A stretch of DNA of 59,788 bases, filler included, from Sphacelaria rigidula (GCA_964200075.2; 5 parts of 5 records of this genome joined end to end with filler, not necessarily neighbours in it), one strand, 5' to 3'; positions 13,492 through 25,312 are shown, counted from the whole stretch's first letter. Numbers and translations: made by a program. The notes: generated by a model from the sequence alone, not told the origin.

Positions 13492-13900
13492 GTCACTGGC
13501 ACGAAAGGGGGGTCGAACGGCTTAGAACAACACTGGTACCGGAGAGATGTGCAGGTTCCGTTGCATTGACGGGTGAAGAGTAGGTCACTGGTGCCGGGGA
13601 AATAAGGTGCGTTAGATTTTCATGAGGGAAAAGTCAGACGGCTCGAGACGTCACTGGTGTTGGAGGTTTTGCGCGTTGAATTCCCAGGAGGAGAGAAAAG
13701 CGAAAAGTGCTACGGAAACAGGTTGCGGTAATTCCGAGTAGAGATTATGGTGGCTAGGGAAGTCACTGGTCCCAGAGTATACTCTGCGGAGAAACGGGCG
13801 AATTCCGCGAAGGGGAACGGGAAAGTGTGGATATAGGGTAAATTCCTCAAAAAATCATCGGAGAGATTGAACGGAATAATACTGGCCGCTGGTGCGTCGG
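13492..13900 (+). repeat. Diverged purine-rich tandem repeat (about 60-bp unit) with conserved GTCACTGGT core
   Basis: Core or close variant at 13492, 13531, 13584, 13650, 13762; flanks share GGCT..GA and GCGTT(G)AATT similarity. Confidence 0.5.
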
Positions 13901-13940
13901 ACTTCGGAGGAATGGTACGCTCTCAGGCAACAGACGTTAA

Positions 13941-14263
13941 CAACTGGTCGGAAAAAAAAGGTTGAAATTAAAACATACTCGTTCTAGTGTTAGTCGGGGC
14001 GATGGATGAAACCACCAACAGATACAGGTGAGCAGTGGTGAGCAGTGACTTCCCTAGACCCAGCTTGTCCAGAACGTGTTTTGCTCCAAAATCGGCTGAA
14101 AGGCATCTATTTGAGCTCTGGAAACCCACACTGTGCCTGAGGAGCACTTGGCACCCCCCTCGCCCGAGGGTTCTCGTAATGTCTTCGTCGTGGTCAGGGT
14201 CAGGGTTCGAGGTATGTAGGAGGCACCTCATTATTCGCGTCAACCATTTTTTCCGACCAGTTG
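13941..14263. mobile_element. Non-autonomous TIR element with TTAA-like target site
   Basis: TTAA|CAACTGGTCGGAAAAAAAAGGTTGA ... TCAACCATTTTTTCCGACCAGTTG|GTAA. Confidence 0.6.
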
Positions 14264-14367
14264 GTAAAGAGGCCTCCTCTCAGGCCCCGTGATTGTTGCA
14301 CCTGCGTCCAGAGACGCGGAATGCGGACAAACTTAATGAATAAGAATAATATATATTCAGAGTACTG

Positions 14368-15097
14368 CCGGTCGTCCCGGTGGATCAGTTTGTAGCCTCG
14401 AATCCTTCTGACGGTTCGTGTCGTGGGTTTGAATCTCGGTGGAGTCACACAAGCTGGGAGTTTTCCTCACACAGCCGGTCGCCCCGGTGGCTGAGTTGGT
14501 AAGCTCGAAATCTTCTGACGGTTGGGTCGTGGGTTCGAATCTGGGAGCAATCTGGGATTTTTTCTCACACAGTGCCCAACAGTGGAGAGCGACAATGTCG
14601 TGGGTACACGAAGTTCGATTCAATGGTCGACGATGGAAAGGGACTGCTGAACCCCTCTCTCGATAAAATAGAAAGGCAAGCATCGCAGAAGGAAGGTGGA
14701 CAACCGAAAAACACCCTCCTGTGTTGGCTTTCCTCCTGTGTGATCCCGGCTGGTGGACCCACATATACCGAAAGGTGTACATCGGCGTCCAGAATTTACG
14801 ATACAGCACACACAACACACACAATGCCCAACGGTGGATAGCGACCATGTCGTGGGTACACAAAATTTGACTTCGACTTCGTGGTCGATGAGGGAAAGGG
14901 ACTGCTGAACCCCTCTCGCGACGAAAACTAAGGCGAGCACCGCAGAATGAGGGTGCAGTAGCAAAAACAAAGGAAAAAAAAAAAAACTCTTGGCGTTAAC
15001 CTCTTCCTCTCGTGACCCCGCCTGGTGCGCCCACACATGCCGGAAGGTGTAGACTGGCGTCTAGAATAAATAGAATGACAACAAACAAAACACACAC
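14368..15097 (+). mobile_element. tRNA-derived SINE array: head + full SINE + extra body
   Basis: Heads at 14368 and 14475 with Pol III A box (TGGCTGAGTTGG) and B box (GGTTCGAATC); bodies at about 14570-14820 and 14822-15097 match the copy at 24795-25150; CA-rich tails. Confidence 0.8.
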
Positions 15098-15302
15098 TGT
15101 CGGAGCCCATACATCTCCTGCACACACGCGAAACATCACAACTCCTCGGTTTAGAGCTGATTGCGCACGCACGGGCGATCCCTGGGTGTTAATAGCGTTC
15201 TTCAATTGCGTACACAGAAGGAAAAGGAGGGGGAGATAGATCTTTGCCTGGGTTTTTCCTCATTCTAGACAGCCTCCGGGGCAGGGGGGGGTCTGGGAGC
15301 AA

Positions 15303-15436
15303 GTGTGTATGTTGTGTTGCCATCACATATATTCTGGACGCCAGTCTACGCCTTTGGTATATCTCGGCGCATCAGCCGGGGTCCCACAAGAGGAAGGCCA
15401 ACACAAAAGTTTTATCTTCTTTTATCTTTGTTTGAG
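15303..15436 (-). mobile_element. SINE 3' part, interrupted by DNA transposon
   Basis: Reverse complement of SINE tail (ATTCTGGACGCCAGTCTAC...GAGGAAGGCCAACACA); continues at 16637. Confidence 0.75.
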
Positions 15437-16148
15437 TACGAGCTGGGCCAGCTGACAGTGATTTTTGAATGTTTCCGGACGTGGCTGTGGGTAATTCGAG
15501 GAGGTTAGTTCACCACGTGGGAGGGGTGAGAATTTTCTCAGAACTTTATAACTTCGAACAAACTATAACACCAGCACGAACACGAGACTAATCCTAACCC
15601 CAACGAAGGCACACCGAGAACCTTCGGCCGAGGGGTTGCAGAGTGTTGCCCACGTCTCGTAAGCCAAGGGTGCGTTGCCAGCTCTCAAATCGGCGCCCCA
15701 AGCGCCGACTTCGACAAAAACGTTTCCTGCGCACGCTAGGAGTATGCTTGGAGCACAGCCGCATTAAAGTCCGGATTTCGCCGTCCACACTCAAATCAAG
15801 TCGAGCTAAATCGGAGCTGCTTACCCTCTGAAGTGGTGAACTATACTGAATTCGAGAAGTTGGGCGCTAAAATTTTACCGCGACATTTTTAACATCAATG
15901 CGCATAACATTCAGGGGGATGCAACGAAAAAAAGAAAAAAAACTGAGAGTTAAAGCGATTTGAAGTTTCTGCAAAAACTGAAAAAATGCTTCAACTTCGT
16001 GAAAATAGAGAAATAAATATTTATACATCAGTACCCCTCGTGTTCTTGCGCGTACTTGTGTGCAGGACATCCTGGTACAATTTCGGCCAAAAAATCTGAA
16101 AATCGTCCCAGACGGGCACTTTTTGTGTGACACCGCTGCGCCCTTTAA

Positions 16149-16222
16149 CCCTTTGACAGCGAGGGTAGGTCACTTGAAAGAATGCGTGATCTAGATGGAC
16201 TACCCGCAACGCCGTCTAAGGG
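16149..16222. mobile_element. piggyBac-like MITE (TTAA-flanked), short family
   Basis: TTAA|CCCTTTGACAGCG ... GCCGTCTAAGGG|TTAA; related to 25980-26078. Confidence 0.7.
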
Positions 16223-16226
16223 TTAA

Positions 16227-16378
16227 CCCTTTTGGAACCCCTTGACGTTTTTTTTTTGTGCCGATTTTTGTTTTCGCGACGATTTTTTATCATGTGAATT
16301 GGCATCATTTTGACTTGAGAATGACTAAAGATGATGCCGATCCACAAAAACAAAAACCGTCGATGGGTTCCAGAAGGG
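16227..16378. mobile_element. piggyBac-like MITE, second family, sharing TTAA with the previous element
   Basis: TTAA|CCCTTTTGGAACCC ... GGGTTCCAGAAGGG|TTCA; related to 39320-39437. Confidence 0.7.
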
Positions 16379-16636
16379 TTCATCCAGGTGATACAGGAAA
16401 TTCCAGTTATGGAGGTCACGAGTTCGAATCCCAATAGATTCCATTTTTTATTTCGTCGGCGAGGTATAAATTATGCAGTACATTTTGATCGGTTTTTCTT
16501 CATTCAGCGGCCGCGCCGTGCGTTACCAGGTTGGTCTGCAGGTCACACCTATACACTCAAGTCGGGCTGATTTGGTAAACGTGACAAGTTATGGTGTGAC
16601 ATGCAAATGCGGGATTTACTGCTGGCCCAGCTCGTA

Positions 16637-16730
16637 CTCCACCTTCCTGCTGCGGTGTTTGCCTTATTCTTCTTTATCGCAAGAGGGGTTCAGCGATCCC
16701 TTTCCCTCATAGACCGTGAAGTCGAATTTT
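16637..16730 (-). mobile_element. SINE middle part, continuation of 15303-15436
   Basis: CCACCTTCCTGCTGCGGTG...TCCCTTTCCCTCATAGACCGTGAAGTCGAATTTT is the reverse complement of the SINE body. Confidence 0.75.
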
Positions 16731-18087
16731 GGATTGAGTAAGCGGGTGGATGAAATTGAACGACATTATTTGAATTGGCATCATCTTCACCTGAAAAATG
16801 ACTCCACATTACCCACCAATACGCCGACAAAATTAGCTTCCTGAAGGTCAATGTATGACATCTGCTGAATTGGCATCAATTTCGACATGACCCAGATGAC
16901 CTATCCCGTGGTCCGTGGTCGAGGGTCTGGACGGCGCTGGACAACCCTACGCAACAACTAGCGACCCAGGCGACCGCACTCTATCAGTAGAGAGGCGGAA
17001 GCCCGGAATACTCGCATGCTGCATCTATGTAAACCTTTGACCGTTGCAAATTCTGGTCTGACCTTACGGTATACGGTACTCACAAGCAAGGCTCTCCTCA
17101 TCATGTGGCAGCGATTACTATACGACACTTTTACTCGTATTATTAGTGTTGGAACTGTTTCAAACGTCCACCCAATCAAAATACACCATACCCTCGCTGC
17201 CCTGCTGGCGAACTCGTACCCACCCGTGAATATGCCATCCGACTCCAACAGGAGCGATGTTGCGAAGCTCAACTCGGCGACAGGGTTTCATTCGACAGCG
17301 CACTGGTCGACTGCACAGTGTCTACTATCCCAAAAAAATACCGACGCACCCCTACCGTTTCACGAAGCCGTTTCACGAAGCACACACCGAAGCACGTGCC
17401 ACCGGATGTTCGCTTGCACGCCGAACATAGAATACACGGCTGGCCCCACGCTTATTCCAACCCTCTCCCTACTCTCTCGAGCTTCTGCGGAACGAATCTT
17501 AATGTGGATGATATGATTACTAGCATACCTCTGTCGCCCTTTACTTGCAGCATTGACATCGGCACATGACGACCATCATGATCTCGGCGGGGCGACCTCA
17601 CTTCTTGGACCAGGATGCATCTTTCACGTCTGTGATGTTGGTCATTTTCCATTATCCCGGTGGATTCTTTGGGTCCGAGGCCCCAGGTATGAGCAAGGCG
17701 CGACTCGTATACCAAGACTATCCAACGGGGTAGAAGAGAGATCCCTTCGAAAATTTATTTATCAATATTTTTTCTGAAAACGAGGCGAGGCGGACACGAG
17801 CATTGGCTGTGCCTTGTATCAGAGCTTGATCAGAAAACTTGAGGCTTTCCATTCATGGTCACGGGTATGATTGACTATATTCAAGTAAATGTAGAGGCGA
17901 AAAACATGATAAATAAGCTGCTTCGCTCCCGGATACGTGTTACAGCGCACACACGTGGAGATACCACCAGTTGCAGAAGCACACCTCACGAAACCACACG
18001 CCACCAGAGCCACCACTGCACACGGTAGGTGATTTTTTTAAAAGATCTTGGACGAAAGATCACGCTGCATCCAAGTGCGAGAAACAT

Positions 18088-18293
18088 ATGCCGGCGGGAA
18101 ATGTCATGGAGGCGGAGCTACAGCAGGAGCAGCCACTACTTGAGAATGACGGAGGCGTTAAGACAAAGGCAACAATTAGCAGGCCCAGCTGGCCTGTGAC
18201 GACTGTGATCAAAGCTTTGGTCATGATCGATATGTTGAGCGTGGCACTGTTGGTGCCCTTGCTCTCTTCATATTTCCGGGACCTTGACATAAG
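18088..18293 (+). CDS. MFS transporter, MFSD9/SLC22A18-like (DHA1-type), exon 1
   Basis: MPAGNVMEAELQ...KALVMIDMLSVALLVPLLSSYFRDLDI, TM1 with D..S.AL..P motif; donor AG|GTGAGT, phase 2. Confidence 0.8.
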
Positions 18294-18601
18294 GTGAGTT
18301 TGCCCGCACTGAGCGATGCTGTCACTACAAATAACAGTAGTACTGCGCAGACAGGTTAGTTCATGTCAGTATTACGAGTAGTTTGTACGAGAAGTCCGTC
18401 GCCAGTTTGTGTTCCCGCTAACAGCCCTTTTAAAGAGTATTACAGTACACTTCACTACAGTCCGTCAGTAGAACGTTCGTGGGGTGGTGTCGACTTCCAT
18501 GTCCACATACTGTCTACAATCGGAGGTCTTGCTCTGTACTGCCGGGATATTTTCGTCGCCCACTCCGTGAAATCGCACGACGAAATCCGTGCTGCTACTA
18601 T

Positions 18602-18732
18602 ACCCTGGACAAGAGAAAACACAGTAAAACAATGTACTGCGTACAGTATAGACTATTGCGCCTATTGCAACAGACAAAAGATTCCATACTGTAGGCAGTA
18701 CATTTTTTTACAATATAATCTTTGTCCAGGGT
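18602..18732. mobile_element. Hairpin MITE with ACCCTGGACAA termini
   Basis: ACCCTGGACAA...AATGTACTGCGTACAGTAT ... ATACTGTAGGCAGTACATT...TTGTCCAGGGT; same family as 25450-25584 and near 6773. Confidence 0.6.
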
Positions 18733-19252
18733 GTGGCTGCTACCCGTCGTTTTCGTACTCCAGTACGGCACACAACAGTGCAGGAGCACTGTGGGTTGGG
18801 GCATCTGCGCCGATGACACCATACGTATTAACTTGTTGGGACGGGTATGAGGTGAGCTTACGCTTGACTCTTGCCCCACGTGGCACCCCAGCCTCGAGAG
18901 CTCGACTGTGAACGTTCCCCTGCGTCAGCGTGTCGTCTTGTAGCTTGCATCCTCAACCTTATGGGTGTTTTTCGGTCCAATCCAAAGAGCGTCTGACTCG
19001 CATATCCGTGCTCTAGACTACATTCAAGGTATGGGGGCGTGTTGTGTCGAGACAGAAGAAATCAAAAGTCAAACGAGTCATGGCTGGTTCCAATATCGAG
19101 ATCCACGATTCATGAGGTGTGATGCTAGAAAGAGAGAAACAACGTCGACGGCGGATAAAATCTGTCTTGAAGACAATTTTTGCGCTGTTGCCTAGAGTGC
19201 GCGTGTTCTTTATCATCACCTTTTTTTGTGGCACTTTGAGCCCCCCCCCCCT

Positions 19253-19523
19253 CCTCGGAACGGGTCCGTGGTCTCGAGAGAGCAACCCATCTCTGCCCGG
19301 TACACACCTTGCATTTTGGTCTCGCGGATTGGCCCAGCACTCCCGCATCACGTCAACTCTCGTCAACAAAGTCAGCCAACTATTTTTGTTTACTCACCCA
19401 CTGACGCTTTCGACAGTGAAAGTCATATACTTCGAAGAAAGACCTGAACGCATCGAAATTCGAACCCTCGTTCTTTATACCCTAATCGTGACAGTCGGAT
19501 CATTAGACCACCGGGGCACTACC
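19253..19523 (-). mobile_element. Second tRNA-derived SINE family (putative)
   Basis: Minus strand reads GCCCCGGTGGTCTAATG (A box) ... GAGGGTTCGAAT (B box), then a body unrelated to the main SINE; 3' boundary approximate. Confidence 0.5.
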
Positions 19524-22347
19524 TGAGGTTTGACTCTGAAAACAAAGCCGAAGGATTGATTTGTACGATGCGAATCAACCAAACTATGAGCAAGTAATTT
19601 CAGGTGAACCATTTTCCGTCCGCCCCTTGGATAAATCGCTTCTCTCAAAAATGAATTTTGTTGCCATTTGCGCCCTGTGACCGGTCCACGCGATATCACC
19701 CCACGAAAGGATGACCGATACATCTGTCTTGAAAGTGATTTGCGCCAACAATCGAAATACTTGCGGGGAACATAAACGTGGCACCTGCAGGCACTCACGT
19801 GAAGGTGTAGCACACAACGCGACACCACCACACAACCTGACAGCCCCACTGCTCCGCCTTAGCTGAACAACAGTATATAGCTACAGCCGTAGCTGTTGAC
19901 TGAACACGTTGGAATATCAGTGGGAAACGACCTCTTATGTTGGACGCACCGGAATCAGCCACACCAACGTCCAGCAACGACAGGTTTTCGGTTGTAGATT
20001 GATGACATGCCCACCGCCGCTCTTGATTTCTGCCAGACGAAGACCGCTGTTTGTCGATCAGCAAGGGCTAGTCTTGGAGCTAGTGCGCGTGTGTGGCGGG
20101 CGTCTCCGTGTTTCCGTAGGGCTCGATACGCAGGTCCTGTGCTTTCTCGTCACACCTGTTCTGTACAACTTGGGCCACGTCAAGAAACGGTGCAGTTTAA
20201 CCCAGAGCTGAACAAAGAAGCGTTACTGATCAGGCTCAAAGATAGTCGTGGCGGGCGCAAATCTAGCCGGTGATTCTGCAAACCGCCTCTTCTGTTTGAG
20301 TCAGACAAGCCCTTACCGACTATTGTGAGTTTGACTAGCCCATGTCCACCGTTCTCTGTTGTGTAGATAGTAGTGGTAGAATCTACAACATTTTGAGACT
20401 CGTAGCGGATTTCATCGTGTGGAGCATCCCTCGTTTGAGATCGAAACCGATATTAAAGGGGAGCTCTCGTCGAGGGTTTCCAAATACAGACCTCTCTGTC
20501 TACTGAAAATCTATTCATTTCGCATCCAAAATTTCTCATCGTGAGCCTCAGGACAGGATAAAACGAGAGGCATAACATTTTGTCGTTACCGACAAAGAAG
20601 CAGAAAATACAAGCGAAGCATTGACGTCAACTCCCTGGGTAAGGACGGTGCAAAAAATACCGACATGAAGACGTCAATATAGACATCACATGTGCAACGA
20701 CCTCTGGCGGAGGATCACAAGCACCGTACCGTCGTGACGAATTTTCAGCTCACAAAACACGGAACCACATACCTCCACGACAACGCCGAGACGCGCACTT
20801 TGCGGACATTTTTCATGCATTGATGTCGGCGGAGAGCTGACGACCTACGCCCGGATGGGTAGGGTGACCCGCGTACAGAGTCGAACTGGAGGACATTGGA
20901 GGAGGTCTGTTCGGTGGAAAGGATCCTACCTCGTTGAGGAAGGGGGGTACTTTTAAGTCCAAGACTACCTGGGTGGGGGGGGCACTCCCAACTTGGTGCC
21001 TACCCGTACATCTGACCCTCTATGACTATTCAGCCCCATGGCTGGGTACGAAAGATGAGGCAGGTGGGGCGCACTCAAATGCGCTGTACGAAACTAGACA
21101 TGGCGAAGTGCATGGCAAAAGTTGCTACCTGACTCCTGGGGACGAAGAAAAAAAAGAAATTCGGTGGAGAGAGCGCTCCTAATTGCGCGCCGGCATGCAA
21201 AGGTACGTGTGGACCATGACCGAGGTCAGCATCTTATTTTGTCCTCCTACGGTATGTTCCAGATAGCATTAAAATACGTACATTTCCCCCGATATGATCG
21301 GCAAGCGTGATTCGGCTCATACCACACACCGCAGGTCGCGATGCCAACTGAAACAAACACAGGAGCTCGCGTAGCACACCTGCCCCCTCCCCTTCTCTGG
21401 CCCTTCTTCGGGCGAGGTGGGGTTTTGTGGCATACGTCCTTGAGGATAGTAGGCACGAGCCCTCTCGTATGATGCATGGTGTGACTGAAACTCCAACCCT
21501 TATCTTGACTATGGAACCTCAGTTGTATCGCGCCAGGTATGGAAGATATTTGGCATTCATTGGCATGTGTGCACAAGGTTGAGCTTCTGGGGTTCCAATG
21601 TGTGGAGACAAACCCACTTTCCAAACCTGAGTCCTGTCCGACGTCTCGATCTGAACTTCATTTCTTCTTGTCCGGAACTGTCCTATCATTGATCTCGAAA
21701 TGGAGCATCAACGGAGATATCCCACCGCAAGCCGAACGAGTACTGTATATCTCTCCGTTCCTTCTCGTGATTTACGTGGAATTAATCTGCCCCCACGAGA
21801 CAGGGCAACCCGACGTGCGACAGTCAGGCTGTCTTGAGGGCGGGGACCTGGTCACTCGTATTCCCGACTTGCCTACTTCTGGTCGCCACCCTCAAGACGA
21901 ACGGTGTTGACTCAACGACGTGCTTGTCACACACGGAACCCGACCCCTCTGTCATTAGTTTCACGGAATATTTGATCGTCAAGCGAATGGAGGGGACGGA
22001 TCAAGTGTATCCCACTTTATTGGATACCGTGCACCCATTTGAAACAACAATATCCACCTACCCGAATTTCATCAGCTACGTTCCTGCTGTGCCTGTCCAC
22101 AACCAACCGCTTGAGGCCATCACTAACACAGCAACTCTGTAACCCTATAAAAACAGGCGAAACCGGTAGTGACATTTGGTGGTCATCCAGTGCAATCAAC
22201 CTTTGAATCGGCAGGTTAACATCTCTAATATGCAGACCACTGAATCCCTTCCCCCTGCTTTTCTTGCCATCATTCGTCCGCGTGGCTATTTTTTATTTTT
22301 ACGTTTTCCATCAAATCACTGCGACGCCTGCATGTTCATCGATGTAG

Positions 22348-22561
22348 CCCGGAGCTGTACGGGCTCATGACCTCAGCGTACAGCCTCGCCCAGATAGTGG
22401 GGGGCCTGGTGTTGGGCGCGCTTAGCGATCGCGTCATGTCTCGGCGATCAGTGCTGCTGCTATCCTTCATGGGAAGCTGCGTGAGCTACGGCTTGGTGGG
22501 ACTGTCGAGTTCTCTTTGGATGCTCTTGCTGGGCAGGATCATCGTCGGCCTCGTGAAGCAG
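22348..22561 (+). CDS. MFS transporter exon 2
   Basis: Acceptor TGTAG|; (S)PELYGLMTSAYSLAQIVGGLVLGALSDRVMSRRSVLLLS...GRIIVGLVKQ contains MFS motif A; ends at GC donor CAG|GCGAGC. Confidence 0.88.
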
Positions 22562-23222
22562 GCGAGCTAGCAGCAAAATTTATTTTGGGAGAGCCCTTTT
22601 CTTGTGATTTACCACCTTTCTACACGCGACACAGATCTTGTCCGTCTTGAACATTGTTGTTGCCCTTCTTGTCTGGGTGACTGTCATTATTCTGGGGGGC
22701 AGGTGAAAGACCCCCCCGGCCCTACTCCGTCAGTCTGTTACACAGCACAGCCACATAGTCACAGTAGGATCCGTCCAGTTTCTACCCACGATGTGCATCA
22801 CACGTCCCATGGCACCGTCCGGGGCGGGCGGGCGGGCGAGGAGGTCTTGCGCAAGCGTTGGGGTGCGGAACATAGAGTGATTGTCACGGCCTCCACTGTC
22901 CTCCCCGTTGGCATTTGTAGTGAAGTGAGAGCAAGAAACATGGTATATACTGCAGTGCGGTTCGTGGTATGTCGGGTCGGGAAATTGACCTGATTCCCGA
23001 GTCGTGAGTTTAGTTGGGAGTGCAAGCTCCACTTTTGCGACACGGAGAGTGATGGTTTACACCCGGCACGTCCACCAACTCGGGCACCTGTGCAACTGCC
23101 TACTGTAGACCTCGAAGATAGTCTCGTGTTTTATCAACGCGTTGTAGGCCCTTTCTCGCAACCAGGCTGTTCGTCTGTTAATGGTCAGTTAGCATGCACA
23201 TCATGCCTTCTTGCACTGTCCA

Positions 23223-23258
<36 letters not shown>

Positions 23259-23511
23259 ACCTGCCCCGCAGGAGCGCCCAAGCGCTCACAGAGAACAAAC
23301 ACCCAACACAANNNNNNNNNNAGGAGGAGTACGTGAATGACCGTCAGCAGCCGAAGGGCGAAGACGGAGGCGGCCACCGCCCCCCCCCCCCCCCCCCTCT
23401 CTCCTTTGTTCTTCCATTCAGCCGCAGATCCCTGACAATCCTCTTTTCCCCACCTGCACCTCGAACTGTTGCCACGTCGCGCCGGTCGGAAATCGTAACT
23501 GCACCTAACAG

Positions 23512-23670
23512 ACGATGACAATATCCACAGCGATTGTGAGCGAACACACCACACCCGAGAACCGTCCCAAGGAGCTTTCTCGGCTCACGGCGGCGATGAC
23601 GCTTGCCTTCATCGTGGGGCCTTCGCTGGGATCTGCCATGTATCAGCAAAGCAAAGTTCTCCCTCCCTTG
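23512..23670 (+). CDS. MFS transporter exon 3 (gene truncated by contig end)
   Basis: Acceptor CTAACAG|; TMTISTAIVSEHTTPENRPKELSRLTAAMTLAFIVGPSLGS (motif C-like GP..G); donor TTG|GTGAGA. Confidence 0.85.
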
Positions 23671-23860
23671 GTGAGATGGTGTTCTCTCGACACGACGTAC
23701 CGACGCCACGTCCGTAACCGAGTCGTAGGACGGTTTTGCCCCAGAGCTTTATCGAGCGGGAAATCAAATAACTGTGCTAGTATACTCGCACCCATGGTGT
23801 TCGCGAGGGAGTACTCGAACCCATCCCCCCCCCCCCCGGTGGCTATACTAGGAGATAGGT

Positions 23861-23960
23861 NNNNNNNNNNNNNNNNNNNNNNNNNNNNNNNNNNNNNNNN
23901 NNNNTTAATTAATTAANNNNNNNNNNNNNNNNNNNNNNNNNNNNNNNNNNNNNNNNNNNN
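23861..23960. other. Artificial contig-joining linker
   Basis: Same N44-TTAATTAATTAA-N44 structure. Confidence 0.97.
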
Positions 23961-24327
23961 CGTACCTTTCTTGGGCAAAAAACGAGAATGTATACCTTTT
24001 CTAGTCCATTGCTAAAAAAAAAGTATGAAAAGGAGCCAACGGACGACGTCCGTACTGATGCTATGCTCGGCACTGTTGTGTCTCAGGACAAAGGACGGGG
24101 GAAAGATGGGTTGGCCGTTGAAGATAACACGGACTCGCGCGGAGGAAGGAAGAGACTTCGAACAAAGAATGCGTGAAAAACACAACATATATCCTTGCAT
24201 ATACGAGCAATGCTACGCAAGGGGTTGCACTATTAGTTTCTGGGTCTCTTTTTTGTAGGAGCCCAAATGTATGAGGCTTACCGTGCAAACCAAATCTCCG
24301 GGGGCCGGACGTGGAGATGCACGCAGG

Positions 24328-24615
24328 GGCCTTTTCGTGAATCGGCATCATTTCCAGTCTTTTTCGAGTAAAACTGATGCCGATAATCAAAATGACCCGC
24401 CCAAAATCCCCAGAAACATTTTCGCCAAAAAAGTGCAATCCCTACCGTAGCATCACTCCATACACACACGTCAGTTGAACTCGGGGAAGCTACTTTAATC
24501 CTTTCGAAACCGGACGCCCGGGAACATGGTGTTTCCACGCAGGGGGGAGGATTGCTACTCGGTGTCATCGTCAGTCGTTTTCAAGTAAAAATGATGCCGA
24601 TTCACTAAAAGGCCC
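24328..24615. mobile_element. MITE with GAATCGGCATCA core in its TIRs
   Basis: GGGCCTTTTCGTGAATCGGCATCATTT ... AAATGATGCCGATTCACTAAAAGGCCC. Confidence 0.65.
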
Positions 24616-24794
24616 TTGCGTGTAATCACCATTTTTCTGGGAGTACGGTCCCACAAGGGTTTACATGTTTTCTTGGCGTCTCTTTTCTGTGTTTGTTTTT
24701 TATTTTGATAATTTTAGCAGTTAATCGTGTTGCTTTTTATACTTTCGACAGATCGGACTAATGTGAGGAAATACATACATAAACATACTCTATA

Positions 24795-25150
24795 CCGGTC
24801 GCCCCGGTGGCTCAGTCGGTAACCTCGAAACCTTCTGACTGTTGAGTCGTGGGTTCCAATCTTAGAGCGATCTGGGAGTTTTTCTCACACAATGCCCAAC
24901 AGTGGACAGTGACCATGTCGTGGGTACACAAAATTCGACATAACGATCGACGAGGGAAAGGGACTGCTGGACCCCTCTTGCGATGAAAAAGTCAGGCAAG
25001 AACCGCAGAAGGAAGGTAGAGAACTAAAAACAAACAAGAAATACAAAAAAAAACTCCTGTGCTGGCCTTCCTCCTGTGTGACCCCGGCTGGTACACCCAC
25101 ATATCCCGAAAGGTGTAGACCGGTGTGCAGAATAGATGGGACGACAACAC
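24795..25150 (+). mobile_element. Full-length tRNA-derived SINE, antisense within an LSM12 intron
   Basis: A box TGGCTCAGTCGG, B box GGTTCCAATC, conserved body, GGGACGACAACAC tail; ACTCTA near both ends (possible TSD). Confidence 0.82.
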
Positions 25151-25182
25151 TCTACGAGAAAAGATGTTGGTAACTCGCTCAC

Positions 25183-25312
25183 CATGAGAATCGCCCTGTC
25201 CATGCCCGTTTTGTCGCCGTCTAGGCTCCGACAATCCTGTGCTGTGTAAGGTGGGTCTATCCTCACGGACCCCAGCACGATGATACTCTCCCCGTGCCAC
25301 TCGCAATCGAGT
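25183..25312 (-). CDS. LSM12: LSM12 homolog exon 3 (anticodon-binding domain); last exon not found in contig
   Basis: (T)LDCEWHGESIIVLGSVRIDPPYTAQDCRSLDGDKTGMDRAILM; acceptor GGTAG|, donor ATG|GTGAGC; phase matches exon 2. Confidence 0.88.

Larger units (their letters stand above)
15439..16634. mobile_element. Tc1/mariner-type non-autonomous element with TA target duplication
   Basis: TA|CGAGCTGGGCCAGC ... GCTGGCCCAGCTCG|TA, perfect 14-bp TIR; removing it restores the SINE. Confidence 0.8.

Noticed and set aside
13492..13900. CRISPR-like repeat-spacer array
   Set aside because: Core only 9 bp, spacing irregular, spacers related to each other, no cas genes, eukaryotic context
14475..14560. 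tRNA gene (also near 24801 and 19517)
   Set aside because: A and B boxes are present but there is no acceptor-stem pairing or anticodon arm; the heads at 14475 and 24801 run directly into a repeated SINE body
17190..17652. Divergent minus-strand gene upstream of the MFS transporter (MTNITDVKDASWSK... plus an exon near 17190-17312)
   Set aside because: Splice phases can be made to fit, but there is no recognisable homology and a competing frame looks equally protein-like
20560..20950. Copia RNase H remnant with polypurine tract (KH.DV-like, HFADIF, GAGGAAGGGGGG)
   Set aside because: Motif spacing does not fit, a frameshift is needed, and no TG-starting LTR follows
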